From the NCBI GenBank assembly GCA_026025795.1, contig JAPEUG010000022.1:1-64000 (forward strand): 64,000 nt of DNA, read 5' to 3'. The translations under genes and the position numbers were made by a program. This document shows positions 35,435-48,468 of the stretch, piece by piece; within the stretch, counting starts at the first letter, position 1; each line of letters begins with the position of its first letter. The stretch comes from Thelocarpon superellum (lineage: Eukaryota). The notes below the pieces were generated by a model. That model was not told the DNA's origin and did not search any database. It saw only the letters and a program-made list of their open reading frames with translations.

Positions 35435-38400
35435 ATGCCCTGGCGACCGCTCCCGCGCATTGCCTTCGCCGTCGCCGTCTACCCCTTCCAGCCTTCCTTC
35501 CCCGCTGACCTACCCCTCGAACTCGGCGATGAACTCTACATCATCGAGCAGGGTGGCACCGACGGCGCCTGGTACCGCGGCTACCTCGTCGCCCCGCCCT
35601 CGCTCCTTGCCGGTCTAACCAGCGTCAAGGGGCAGACCTTGGAGGCCCGCGTCTTCTCTGGAATATTTCCGCGCAATTGCGTGGAGGTCCGTGAGGTCCT
35701 CGCCGACGCTGGATTCACGAACGGATTGCCTCCAACCGCGGCCGACCCCCTCCACGACGTGTCTGATCCTTCACACCCCGACACGTCTGCCGCAACCAAT
35801 GGTGCGGCCGTGGATGTTCCGACCGATGAAGGTGACAAGGCTACGCCGCCGCCGACCAATGGAACCCTGGTGAAGAGGTCACGCTCGCGGAAGGAGATCG
35901 ACCGCCAACGAGATCAAGCTCTCAAGGAAGGGCTTGCTCGGGCCGCCTCCCCTGGCCAAGGGTCCAACGACCCACTGGCGCGCGATCCAAACGCCCCCAA
36001 ACCACCCGCCCCGGTACCCATGCTCAAAGTCGGTGACGAAACACCCACCTCGGCCGAAGAACCACTGGTGGACGAGATCGCCTCCTGCCTGCGCGAATGG
36101 CATTCAACCAATCTCCACGACCTCTTTCTGTCGCGCAAGTACCACCTACTCGATAAGATTGCGGGGGTCGTGCGTCAGCTGGATTTTGCTCGCCGACAGC
36201 TGCTGCACGATGTCCTCACCCAACACGAGCTCGAAGCCCTGCGGGAGAGAGTGGTCTGGGACCTCGTCAACGGGAACAAGATGTTGGGCGGCGGCGTCGT
36301 GGTCCGCGACCCTGCCGCCCGCGGCCGCATCATGACGGGTGACGACTCCGCCATCGAGCTGACCCGTCTCCAGGCCATGATGAGCCTGCTTGACGAGCGG
36401 CCCGTCGCCCCCGCCGAGACCTCGACCCTCCATCATTTGCTCATGAGCGTCAAGTCCATCGACGGGAGCCTCAGCGAGCCGACGTCGCTGCTCTTCTATC
36501 TAGCCGCCAAACGACCGGGAGAGCCACTGCAGCCGGTGTCGGAGGTCTACGCCGCTGATGTTCCGCTCGGGGCTACCGGTCATTCAGGCCGACTAGACCA
36601 GCTGCGCACGCTCTTCACCGACCTGACGGCCGCGGATGTCGGCGAAAAGCCCACCGGCACCGCCGAGCTTTACCTGATCGTGCGTGTCCAGTCCTATCAA
36701 GCCATGCCGCTGGGCGGCCCGGACGCCATCAATGGGAATGCACCGTCCCGTGATGGTCTCTCCGTCTCTCGGAGCGCCTCGGGAACAGGATCCTTCGGAC
36801 TTGGTGCCTCGATGAAAGCCGGCCGCCGCAGTCTCCTATGGGGGGCGAAGAACGTAAGTGGACCGCTCTCCAACCGATCCATGCACTCCAGTGCACCGTC
36901 CATCTCCAGCCGCGAGGGAGAGTCGACGCTGGCCAACAACAGCGAGGCCAGCCTCACCGGAGACGCGGGCACGGGCCGGCCCGCGTCGAGAAATTCCGCC
37001 TACTCGCTCCGCAACAATGTCCGAATTAAGCGCATCGTCGGCGTCGGCGTCGTACCCATGGCCGACGTCATGACCCGTGACGATGTCTCCGAGCAGGTCA
37101 TTCCCATCTGGACCGCCGCCCCGGACCAAGACGAGACGCCACGGCCGGGTGAGACGCGCCACGACGTGGTCACGGAGGCGGTGCAATGCCTCTCCGCCGC
37201 GCGACCTGGCCAGGCCACCCAGATTGAGCGCGTGCGTATCTACACTACCCCGTTCATCAGCCCCGATGCCGATACGCTCGTCAAACGGACCCCGACCCTC
37301 ATCCAGGACGTCGATCAGACCCAAAAAATCGGCTTCTCCGGCGCCCCCACCAAACCACGGTCCGACATCTACATCACCCTCAACCAGGCTTTCTTGCCAC
37401 GCCACGCATTGTTGTCGCATCCCCGCGCCGGAAGCACGCCGCTCCAGCAACCGTTGGACTTCGCCAACCTTCAACTCACCCTAGCCGTATGTCGGCCCTC
37501 GGGCGAGAAGGTGGAGCACTGCATCTTCCCCGCCGCCAACGAGACCGGTCTCTCGACGTGGCATTCCACCGCGGTCCGGCGCGATGAGCCTTGGAACCAG
37601 GTGCTCCGCTTAGCGGTGCCGCAAGACCTGGTCCCCGAATGCCACATCCACATGACCCTCGCCGATGCGCCCAATGCCCCGGTCGCCGTCAGCTATGTCC
37701 CGCTCTGGGAACAGCACGCCTTTCTCCGGGATGGGGATCACTCGCTCCTGCTATACAAGCTTGACGACGCCACTTCCACCCCGAGCCTGACCAGCTCTGA
37801 GCGTGGCGGCTACCTGTCGCTGTCCTGGAGCGCCCGAGGAAAGGATGACGTGTCCAAGGACGAGGCCGTCACAGGCCCGGTGGCCACGCTCAGGATCACC
37901 ACCTATCTATGTAGCACCATTTTCTCGCAGGACCAGGCCCTTCTGGGTCTGCTCAAATGGCGCGAACGTGCGCCCGAGGATGTTCTCGATATCCTGTCTC
38001 GCGTCGCCTTTGTGCCTGAGATCGAGATTGTCAAACTCCTGAGCGATGTCTTCGACGCCTTATTCGCCATCCTCGTCGAGCAGGCCGGAAACGACGACTA
38101 CGAGGATCTCGTCTTCGGCGCGCTCGTCACCGTGCTCGGCATCGTGCACGACCGTCGCTTCAATCTTGGTCCGCTCGTCGATCAGTACACCACGACACGC
38201 TTCCACTACCCCTTCGCCGCGCCCTGCCTGATCCGGAGCTTTGCGCGCCTCCTGTCCAACCCCACCGACTCGGAGAGCTCGCGGAAGCTGCGAGCGACCT
38301 TCAAGGTTGGCCGACACATCTTCAAGTTCATCATTCACGCGCGCGAGCAGCAAAAGGCCAAGGAGGCCGGCATCGGCATTACCAGCACCCAGCCCAACTT

Positions 38401-41400
38401 CACCCGCGAACTGCAGTCTATCTTCAAGGGGTTGGAGGCCCTGATGATCAAAGTCGCCCCCATCCTCGTCGGCAGCCAGACCTTGGCTGTCCAGCACTTC
38501 CACACCTGGCTGCCCGAGCTGGTTGGGTACGTGAGCAACGAGGACATCGCACAGCTCGCCGTCGACTTCGTCGACTGCTGCGCCGACGTCAAGGGGAAGT
38601 TGATTCTCTACAAGCTGGTCTTGATCATGCACTACGCCCGCCTCACCTGCTTCGATGACCCCGAGGCGCGACGCATGCTGCTGTCCAACACGGTTCACTG
38701 GCTGGCACCCTACTGGGGCACGACCGAACAGGTCACGGAGCAATGGCGCGAACAGGTCCGCTTGTGCTGCTCCGTGCTCTCCACGCAGATCAATGAGCTC
38801 GAGCCTTATCTGCCCGAGTACATCCCCAAGATCGTGGATTCCTACCGCCGCTTGCAGCTGGCGCCGCGTCCCAAGAAAGAGAGTCTGTCCTTGCTGTTCG
38901 CCACAAATTACCCCTTCCTGACCAAGCCCATCGCCGGCGCGCCGGTCTTGGATGAGGCCATGATCGAGTTGTCGGCCATCCTAGCGGCGCTCTCGCGCCT
39001 GCCTGGCGGGATCATCGTGCACCTGCCTCCACCCGCACTTGCCGACTTCTTGTTTCACGCGCTTCAGATGCACCTGTCCATCCTCGAGGGTGATGCCTTT
39101 CCCAGCGACTGGATCAGTGTGCACATCTATCATCACCAGTCGTCCATGAAGACCTTGGAGCATCTCGCGCGTATCCTCATGGATTCGTTCCTGCCAGACC
39201 CAGAAGAGGCCGAATCCTTCAACACCGATCTCTGGCACGCCTTCTTCACGACCCTGCTCAAGCTGGTCGGTAGCGACGCCCTGGCGCTCGAGACCTTTCC
39301 CGAACAGAAGCGACGTGCCGTGTGGAGGATTGCGGGCGATGTGCGAGAACAAGGCGCGGAGCTCCTGCGGCGCACCTGGTCCGCCATCGGATGGGAGACC
39401 AGCGCGGAAGACCGCGAGCGATGGGGCCTGGAGCGGCTGGGCGGCTACCAGGTTCAATACGTGCCGGGTCTCGTCGCGCCCATCGTCGAGCTATGCTTGA
39501 GCGTGCATGGGGGACTTCGCGCCGTCGCCGTCGAGGTCCTGCACACGATGGTCATGAGCGAGTGGACGTTGAATCAAGACCTGGCCGCCGTCCAGGCTGA
39601 GATGATTGAATGCCTGGACCGGCTCTTCAAGTCGAAGCACCTCACCGAGAGCATCCTGCAAAAGCTGTTCATCAACGAGATGATCGACCTGCTGGAGCCG
39701 CTCGCCCAGGTGCCGGATGATCCCATGTACAAGGCCACCCGTGGTCTGATCGCCACCCTCGACGAGTTTCTCGACATGCTCGTGGCTGTGCACAATACCG
39801 AGATGTCGGGCGAGGTCTTCCACATCATCCACACGCTTCGACTCATGGATTTCCTGCGTGACATGCAGAAGGAAGACATCTCGATCCGCTACGTCCACCA
39901 ACTGGCCCAGATCCAAGCCCGGTCTCGCAATCTGGCCGAGGCCGGGCTGGCCCTGCGAATGCACGCCGACGCCTACCCCTGGGACGCCACGCGCCTCGAG
40001 CCCGCTATGGTCGATCCCTCTTATCCGGCGCAAACGGCTTTTGAGCGGAGAGAGGCCTTGTACTTTGAGATGATTCACTATTTCGAGGAGGGCAAATCGT
40101 GGGAGCATGCCTTGGCCGCGTACAAGGAGCTGGCCGAGCAGTACGAGAGCAACACCTTTGACTTCGCCAAGCTCGCACGCACGCAGAAGGCTGCGGCCAA
40201 GGTACATGAAGCGATCGTGCGTGGAGATCGACAACAGCCCCGCTTCTTCCGCGTGGTCTACTCCGGTCTGGGATTCCCGCCGAGTCTTCGCGACAAGCAC
40301 TTCATCTGCGAAGGCTCACCGTCGGAGCGGCTGGCGACCTTTATGGATCGCATGATGCAGCAGCATCCATCCGCACAGATCGTCACGGGGGGCGAAATTG
40401 ACGACGTCGAGGGACAATTCCTGGAGATCACGGCCGTCACGCCACACCGCGATCTCTTCCACCCGGTCTACCAGCGTGCGCGGGTGTTGCCGACGACGAG
40501 GGAGTATCTCCTCTCGTCCTGGCCGCGACATTTTGCCGTGACGACGCAACGGCACGCCGGGCATGTCCCCGTGGAGGAGCAATGGGTGGAGAAGACGCTC
40601 TACACGACCACGGAAGCCTTCCCGACCATCCTCAAGCGAAGCGAGATCGTCAGCACGGAAGATGTCAGGTTCTCTCCCCTCCAAACGGCCATCGAGCGGA
40701 CGCATCGGAAGACACAGGAGCTCGTGGCGCTGGAGAAGCGCATCGTCGAGCAGTCGCAAGGCAAGTATTCGAGTCTGATCGAGGCCATCGCGCTTGCCGT
40801 GGATCCCGCGTCCGACAGCAGCGTCGCCCGATACCGCGTGCTCTTACCGCCGGAAGAAGATCCGGATGACGCGGCAGAGGTCGAGCTCGAGGAGGGCGAA
40901 GGAGGGAAAGTCACCGAGGCCGACAAGCGTACGTCGGTCAGCCGTGACCCACTGGAGAGCGCATTAAAGATGGCGATGGTGGATCATGCGATGGTGGTGA
41001 AGCGATGTCTTGCGTCCTTGACCAAGTCCCACGACGTGCAGGTCCGGTCGTACCACGAGGACCTTACCTTCCGTGAGTGACCGTCGCGGACGCATCCGTA
41101 TCGTCCCACTGACTGATCTTCTATGCAGACCTGGAGCGGACATATGCCCGCGAGCTCGCCGCCCTGACGCCACCAGCACCAGCGCCCATGCAGTCTCCTG
41201 TTGCGTCTCCCGTCACGATTTCCCCCCCCGCGCTCAACCAAGCCAGAAAGATGTCCTTCGACACTGCTCCAAGAGCGGGACTCGGCGCGCATCTCGAGTC
41301 CACGGTGGTGACGACGATCGAGCACCAGCGATCCCCGGGCCAAGAGAAGAATAACCGACTCAGCCTGGCGTTCCTGAAGCAGTCTACCAATGACATCGCC

Positions 41401-41805
41401 GACATGCTCAATGGCATCTCCTCTACCAGCAACAGCAACGTCAATGACAGCGAGCCGACGTCCGACCGCGCCGGCAGCGGTCGACGCAGTCGCAGCAAGA
41501 GCACCAAACGCCGCAGCTACATCTCGGAAGAACCGGCCACCACGGATCGCAGTACGGTGCAGAGCCGCGGCAGCGCCTTTTCGAGCGGCCAACAGGCGCC
41601 GTCGACGCCGTCCATCTCCTCTCTTCCCCATCCGCGCGCGAGGAGAGGGAGCAACGAGAGCAAAGACCGACCGCAGACGAGCTCCAGCAGTGTCTACAGT
41701 ATCAGTGGGAGCGTGGGCAATGTGAAGAAGCGGCTGAGTCTGTTGCGGATCGGTCGAAAGCATTCCAAGACGAGCGTGAAGGTTGATATGGTCGTTGAGG
41801 AGTAG
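35435..41805 (+). CDS. DCK1: DOCK-family Rac guanine nucleotide exchange factor (SH3, DOCK-N, C2/DHR1, DHR2)
   Basis: N-terminal SH3 (AVYPF..DLPLELGDELYIIEQ..WYRGY..GIFPRNCV); LVDEIASCLREW; PRSDIYITL; YVHQL..EAGLALRMHAD; FFRVVYSGLGFP; WVEKT..FPTILKRSEI. Intron 41073-41128 joins in frame to ORF 41188-41805. Confidence 0.95.
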
Positions 41806-42462
41806 GCGGGGCGAAGATATGCGGATACCCTCATTTGATTTTCCCCCGCGATCCTGGATTGCCTGTGCGGGTCCCTATACCGTCCCTGTGTCGAAGTCTC
41901 ATCTCTATGGAATCCTGGCGCCTGACTTTCCAGTCCTGGTCAGCCCTTGATGGGTTACGTTCTTGGCCATGTTAGATATAATTGTAACCGTAGTCGAGAC
42001 ATCCAAATGCCCGATCCCTAGTCCCGACTTGGGGGCATCCGGTTAGCGTTTGGCCAAACGCCAAGATAACGCTCGTGTGTCTGAAATGAGGTGGTCCGAT
42101 ATGGGGGCGAACAGGCTCGGGCGTCCACCTAGCAGGACGACAGACGACTACCTACAGTACTGACGCACCCCGGTTATTCCCCTTAGAGATGGGTGGTTTT
42201 TTCTATGGAAGCTATCTATTGTTCTAATATACAGCTATTGTGAGTCACGTGAGGCTGCTTACTCAGAAGCCTCGAGCTCCCGTATGGAGCCTCCGCAGTA
42301 CTCATACAGTGTCGAGCGCGAGGCTACGGGGGACGTCGTTTAGATGAGAGCTCCCTAGGGCCAATCTCCACTGCGCTCTTCACTGGCCGCCCTCCCTGGA
42401 GACCAGGAGAAGCTCATCCACATCCGACGTTCGCGATCTACGTGACCCTCCCCTTGCCCCTC

Positions 42463-43131
42463 ATGGGGGGATCTTCCGCAAAAGACACGGCAGCGAAGCA
42501 GCGCATCATCCAACACATGAACAAGGATCACCAAGACAGCCTAGCGCGTTTCCTGCAGTTCTACTGCCGCCTCCCACCCAAAGCGCTAGCCAACGCGCAT
42601 CTGGAAGACATCACCCTGGATCACATGATCCTCACCGCGACCGGTCACCGACAGCTCGTTCCCTTCACCCCGCCACTGCAGGACTGGAGCGAGACGCGCC
42701 AACGCGTGGTGCAGATGGATCAGGTCGCACGTGACGGCCTTGGACAGAGTGACATCGTCATCACCGAGTACCAAGTACCGCGGAGCTTCTCCGCCGTCGT
42801 CTTCGCCGCCGCCCTCAGCGCCTTCATCTTCTTCTCGCGGCCCCAGAACGCCCTGCCGGGCTCGTGGACCTACGACTACATCCTGTATCGAGTCCCGGCT
42901 TTTGCGCGCTTCCTCCACGCCATTCAGGTGCCGATGATTTCTTTCATGATCTCCCTTCACCTTGCCGAGAGTGTTTGGTTTGATCGGTCGAGGTTGCAAA
43001 AGTACGGTGTCCCTCGCTTTACGTCCTTGTGGTTGACCTGGATCGTCTCTTGCTTCATCGAGGGAGTTGGGGCATTCGCGCGGGTGGACGACATGGTCAA
43101 GCAACAGCGCAAAGCAAAGACGCATCAGTAG
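42463..43131 (+). CDS. DUF2470-domain integral membrane protein
   Basis: RIIQHMNKDHQDSL..VPFTPPL..ETRQRVVQM, followed by TM helices and HLAES..W..SCFIEGVGAF. Confidence 0.85.
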   Translation: MGGSSAKDTAAKQRIIQHMNKDHQDSLARFLQFYCRLPPKALANAHLEDITLDHMILTATGHRQLVPFTPPLQDWSETRQRVVQMDQVARDGLGQSDIVITEYQVPRSFSAVVFAAALSAFIFFSRPQNALPGSWTYDYILYRVPAFARFLHAIQVPMISFMISLHLAESVWFDRSRLQKYGVPRFTSLWLTWIVSCFIEGVGAFARVDDMVKQQRKAKTHQ

Positions 43132-43373
43132 TCCTTCATGCGTTCTAGGAGAGTAACCAGTCATCGGATGTGCGTCAATATGTATGGAACGAGTGATCGA
43201 GCGGAGACTTGAAGGAAACGTAATCGGGAGGCGACACAGCATCCCATTTGCCATGCCAGAACGCTGTAAAGCGGAGTAGCCGAGACCTCATTGGACAAGA
43301 ATTCGTGAGCTTTTGGCGCGGTCGCGTCTGTAGCCGCGAAGCGCGGCGCAATCGTCGCTAATTTTACAGTCCC

Positions 43374-43385
43374 GCCTTAGGGTTT
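43374..43385 (+). promoter_or_regulatory. TTAGGG-core element upstream of a ribosomal protein gene
   Basis: GCCTTAGGGTTT lies ~240 bp upstream of the RPS8 ATG. It resembles Tbf1/Homol-E-type sites of fungal ribosomal protein promoters. Single occurrence. Confidence 0.3.
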
Positions 43386-43531
43386 CTCGCCGCCAAGTTC
43401 AGCGAAGTTAGTCGAATGATCCACCACGCCAACCATCGGCCGCACGACTCCAACGCCGCAGGTTGACAACACCACTCAATATACCCACCATCGTGATTGC
43501 GTCGCAGTGGTGAAGCTCCCAGGAGCACCAA

Positions 43532-43595
43532 GTGCGTTCCATACCATTACTGCAACCCGCGAGTCGCGCCGCGTTGCTGACACGGTGCCTCACAG
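43532..43595 (+). other. Putative 5'-UTR intron of RPS8
   Basis: GTGCGT donor at 43532, GCTGAC branch at 43576-43581, CAG acceptor at 43595; 64 nt long and 21 nt before the ATG. Confidence 0.65.
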
Positions 43596-43616
43596 CCTAC
43601 ACCATCAACCGCCATC

Positions 43617-44337
43617 ATGGGGTATGGACCACTTCGTGTCTCCCCATCGCTTGATCACTCCAACTGACATCGCACCACAGTATCTCGCGCGATTCTAGAC
43701 ACAAGCGTTCCGCCACCGGCGCAAAGCGGGCGTACTACCGGTTGGTCTTGATTTTCGACCAAAGTCGTCCCCTGCTGATGGCCCCCACAGCAAGAAGCGA
43801 GCATTTGAAGGTGGCCGCCAAGGGGCAAACACTCGAATTGGCCCCAAGCGCATCCATCTCGTCCGTACTCGTGGAGGAAACCAGAAACATCGTGCCCTGC
43901 GACTGGATTCGGGCAACTTTTCGTGGGGGTCCGAAGGCGTCGCCCGGAAAGTCCGTGTGCTCGTCGTCTCTTACCATCCCTCTAACAACGAGCTGGTCCG
44001 AACCAATACCTTGACCAAATCCGCCGTCGTCCAAGTTGACGCCGCGCCCTTCCGGCAATGGTACGAGGCGCACTACGGACAGAGCTTAGGCCGGAGACGT
44101 CAACAGAAGGCCGGACAAGAGGTGGCGGAGCCTGAGAAGCGGAGTAAAGGCGTGGAGAAGAAGCTTGCCGCCCGCTTCGCCACCTCGGGCAAGGTTGACC
44201 CGGCGCTTGAGCGCCAATTCGAGTCGGGTCGATTGTACGCTGTCATCGCGTCACGGCCAGGGCAGAGTGGACGGGTGGACGGATACATTCTGGAAGGAGA
44301 GGAGTTGGCCTTCTACTCACGAGCAATTCGGAAGTAA
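43617..44337 (+). CDS. RPS8: 40S ribosomal protein S8 (eS8)
   Basis: [60 protein letters not shown]. Introns 43622-43680 and 43741-43790. Confidence 0.97.
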
Positions 44338-45330
44338 GGAACGAAGGCGGAGGGCAGGGATGGTTTGCACTATGATGGCTCAAGTGGGCGTCGATGCAGA
44401 CGGACGACGCGGCGGGTCATGCAGGATCGAACGAGATGACCGAAGCCTCGGCGCGATTCTCACCACCCGCGCTGGGTACGTACAATGCATCTTATAGCCT
44501 GAATGTGATAGCGGACTTCAAGATGTGGTGTAGACGCATGTTCGATGAGCAGAGTTCAGCACCGGCAGCCGCCGCTACAACTATGTTACCGCGACTCGCG
44601 TGATCCCCCGCCCGCCACTTTTCATCTTTGCATCTCCGACGGCCGAGGACCGACCTACCCGCCACTCGCTGCCCGGGCAGAGACTGGTCCTCCTGTGGCT
44701 CCCACGATCAAGGCTACACTGCTGATCATCTCGGGCACGCATTGAGCCGTGGCCAAAACAGTTCACGTGGTGCAATTCACCTCCTATGCGCCGTTGCCGT
44801 GCGACCGTGTCCCTCTTCACGCTGGTAACCTCATCATCGCCGTCCGGCGACGATCACATCGTCTGTCTCAAGGGAGACTTACAGACTCTCCACGCATAAT
44901 CGGGCGCACTGCTCACCGGATGAAGCCCTTTTGTCCTCCGGACCAAGATTATCGATGCGCGAGAGGTCCGACACGGTGTGACTCAGGCATCATGGACGTT
45001 AGATCCGGAGATGATTTGGGCAGGAGCATAGATGGTCTTCTCGTTGGGGGCGAGGTGACGGTAGACTTCAGAAATGGAAAGGCCGTCGCTGATCAAAGAC
45101 TGCGCGGACTGTCTTCAGTGTCGGAATCAGGCCAGATGGTAACGTCGCGCTTTCCCTTGTCATTCACTTGTTTTCTAGTGTCTCCCACACAAGATGAGAG
45201 CCGCTGAGGACAAGCACAATGACAATCATGAATTCTCATCCACCCCCATCGGACTGCTAAACGCATCTCGTCTCTCTCCACCTCATTCCCTTTGGAGGCT
45301 TGTGTTCCATCACTCCGATCAGGCGCGATC

Positions 45331-46239
45331 ATGGCGCATCGTCAGGAAGATTCTCCTTACTGGCTTGAAGCCTTTCTGGGGCCCCGGTGTAGCCTGATCG
45401 CCACCCAGCTTTCCCTACCCCTGGATAAGCCTTCTCGACCTCGTCTTCTCTCGGATCCTCGGACGAACCCCACCCATCTCATAACGCCGTCCTCTCGAAT
45501 GTCGCTTGCTCCCCAGTCGGCTCCAACGTCACCAGTACCTGTGGCTCTCCATGGCACCACGGTCGAGCCTTGTCCTCTGCTGGACTACTCGCTTCTCCAT
45601 GCGAAACTGCGGCTGCACATGCACACCATGCCACGCATCGCGATCGCACGTTGGCATCACCTCCCCGAAGTTCGCAAAGAGTTCTTCGACCAGTGCAGCC
45701 GTCATCAGCAACTAGGTCGCGAGCTATTGGACAGTCAGGCTCGTGCGTCAATTCTCTTGGCCGAATATGCGCAGCTGATGCTGGGAAACGAGGACGGCGA
45801 GCAGGCTGCGGATGGACCGATTGATCCGCACGCTTCCCGGGGAAATGGGTGCCCGTACAATGAGGAGCATCGACGGTACCTTCAGAAGTCTTATTCCGCC
45901 AACGAGCGCGACCTCCGTTACCTTATGGCGGAGTATCAACGGATGGGGCGGCGGCGTGACGAGGCCGGTCGGGCCTTGAGCGATCTGAAGCTGGAAATGA
46001 TGGGGGAGGATGCGACGGCATTGGTGGCGTTGACGACCGACGCCATGCAGGCTGCCACGGAGGGGAAGGGAGGAACAGAGACGGACGAGAGCGCCGAATG
46101 GGACCTGGAAGCGGATCGCGTCTCACGGGCAATGTTGGACGGAGGAACAAATAGAGATGACGGGATGATTGTGCATCGAGCAACCGGCCGTGCGGTTCAA
46201 ACGATTGGGACAGGGACGTCATACACTGACGTTGCCTGA
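45331..46239 (+). CDS. Hypothetical protein with predicted coiled-coil
   Basis: ~300-codon ORF with helical charged segments (YLQKSYSANERDLRYLMAEYQRMGRRRDEAGRALSDLKLEM). No family recognised; start uncertain. Confidence 0.5.
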   Translation: MAHRQEDSPYWLEAFLGPRCSLIATQLSLPLDKPSRPRLLSDPRTNPTHLITPSSRMSLAPQSAPTSPVPVALHGTTVEPCPLLDYSLLHAKLRLHMHTMPRIAIARWHHLPEVRKEFFDQCSRHQQLGRELLDSQARASILLAEYAQLMLGNEDGEQAADGPIDPHASRGNGCPYNEEHRRYLQKSYSANERDLRYLMAEYQRMGRRRDEAGRALSDLKLEMMGEDATALVALTTDAMQAATEGKGGTETDESAEWDLEADRVSRAMLDGGTNRDDGMIVHRATGRAVQTIGTGTSYTDVA

Positions 46240-47291
46240 TCACGCCGTCTTCAGGGCCGCCAATTCCTTTGACGCGAGGAAGCGAAGCATGATCAAGAGT
46301 GATTACTCGCTCGACGGAGCGCTGTCAGGCCGGTTCAGAGGTAGAAGTAGACCAGCGATAGAGTTGACCTTATCCTGTGTGGCACGAGATACTACCACTG
46401 ACGTGCCTCCTCATCCATCTGATGCATTTTCATGTCTCCCGAGGGCGTCTTTTTCCGATGAACGTCGACATGTTGATGTGTGCGCCATCCCTTTGCTCCT
46501 CCGAAGTTGTCTTCCGAGGCGTAACGGACAGTGCACACCATACGCTATCGGGTTAGCGCATTGAGCTTCGCCATGAGCTCTCCACCATCAGCGGCAGCGG
46601 GAGAGTTCAGAACTCCTCACTCAACTCAACCACACGATCTGATCTTGGGATTGATCCTGACATGGCTCTCTTGCATTCTAAACACGTCTGCACTGCAATC
46701 ATCGCCCTGCTGTTGCCTGCTCTCCTGAGCGGATGTATTGCTACCATTCTGCAGCCCGCTTAGTCAATCTACGGCTCCCTTCCTACAGTCATCTACTTCT
46801 TGCACTTGTGCGATCAATCCGTTGGCTCGCCCTTACACAATCGGCCTCTGTCGTTCGACGATCACCTTCTACGACAGATGCCTTTCTCGGTCTTGTTTCT
46901 TAGTTCTTTCTTTGGTCCGAAGACCACCACAGTTGAGCAAACAAGAAGATACACAATCCTTCCCAGCACCGTCGCTAAACCAAAGCACAAACATTTTGCA
47001 GAGAGCTTGAAACAACGGTCGAGAGAACAGTTGAGATTCCTTGGACGAGGTAGAGAGGAGAAAGAAGATTCGGACGGCGCCTTTCTCGCCTGAGGGCTCC
47101 AAAGTCAAGGATGGTCGGACGCAGTCCGGGACGGAGAGCCGACGCCGTCGCCAGAAAGTCAAAGCCGGTGGGAACGCCGAAAGTCATGCCAGACCATGAA
47201 GTGGGACCCTCTGTATCATGTCCATGTCTGATGCATCTTTTTCGTGCTCAAACATCCGCCCTCCAACGCCTGCGTATCGCTCGGTGGCCAC

Positions 47292-48468
47292 TCAGGCCTC
47301 GATTTCCGCCCAGAGACTGTCGTTGATCAGCCAGGTTGGCAGCGGCTCCTGAGGAGTCATCAAGTGCTGTACGTCTTCAGCAGTAGGGACCTTTCGGACC
47401 TGGTCAAACTCGAGGGTGGCGACGGCGCGCAACTGGTGCCAGGCCACCGTCGCGTTACCGGGCTCTCGCGGGAGTGGCGGGAAGCGACGCACGTTGGTCT
47501 TGGCCCGATCCTCTCCTTCCCACTTCATCTCCTGCAAGGACGGCCATGGGGCCCACACCTTGCCGGACGGGCCCGACGACTCGCACCAGATGGTCTCCAT
47601 GCTCAAGACGGCGCCACGATTGTCGGCAAATCGCTTGCCTCGCATGGGGAGGGTCATCGGCGTCGTCTTTCTCGCCACAGAATGAATGGTCTGGATCTGC
47701 TTACGCATACCTGATTTGAGGTCCTCGAGGGCTTCGATGCGGTGCCGGATCCACTCGCCAAAGTCTTGGGGCAGCACGTCGGAACTCGCGCCGATCCGTT
47801 GCAGGGTCGCCCTCACGTTGACAAACCGGACAAACTCCTTTTCATTCTCCGAGATCCACGTCTTGGAATGGGTGTACGAGGAGAAGCCGTTGTCCACGGA
47901 GCTGTCGTCTCCCTCACCTTGCCAGTCGGTGAAATCGGGGGCGTTGATGACGCCCGGGAGGCTTAAATGATAGGGTGAACTCAGCGGTGAATCCAGCGGC
48001 GGCACCACGATGGATAGGGTGGTCTTTCCCTTCCTGGACGTCGCGACGACCAGCTGATCTACGTGAGCTTGATCGTCTGCAAGAGGAGCTTCTTCGACGG
48101 GGGCGGTGGGGAGATTAGGGAGCGCCGGGAGCAGAGCTTGCGAGAACCGTTTCTGGAGGTGGCACAAAAGGTCAGGACGATCATCGGCGGCAGGATTGGT
48201 GACGAAGCCTACCTGAGAAGTTGGGCGTGAGCGTTGACGTGATCGCTGACGGCTCTTATTAAACGACCGGGAGCGACGACGAGTCTGACACAACAGCCAG
48301 CAAATCAGCGTCTCGCTTGATCATCTGCACATTCACCGACCCGCCATCCTTCTGTGGAGCTGGTCATACCTGCGATGCGTTCTCCTTGACTGTGAGTGGC
48401 GTGGAGGGTTCCCCCACCAACCCAGGCCGGATCATGTTTGCTGCGCTTGCTGAGCTCGTGATTTTCAT
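47292..48468 (-). CDS. Conserved fungal protein of unknown function
   Basis: Exon 1 MKITSS..KENASQ with a GTATGA donor, spliced to ORF 47292-48293. Conserved-looking C-terminus DNRGAVLSMETIWC..APWPSLQEMKWEGEDRAKTNVRRFPPLPREPGN. Confidence 0.75.

Noticed and set aside
38060..41763. Several long antisense ORFs within the DOCK gene
   Set aside because: Shadow ORFs caused by GC-rich codon bias.
42046..42061. 16-bp palindrome GCGTTTGGCCAAACGC
   Set aside because: Isolated; no supportable Helitron or other element boundary.
43407..43461. Possible extra upstream RPS8 leader intron (GTTAGT..CGCAG) or twin intron
   Set aside because: No convincing branch site, too close to the promoter element, and the donor context does not fit a nested-intron arrangement.
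46662..46763. 33-aa hydrophobic ORF with a lipobox-like LLSGC
   Set aside because: Lipoboxes are bacterial, the ORF is very short, and nothing else supports coding.
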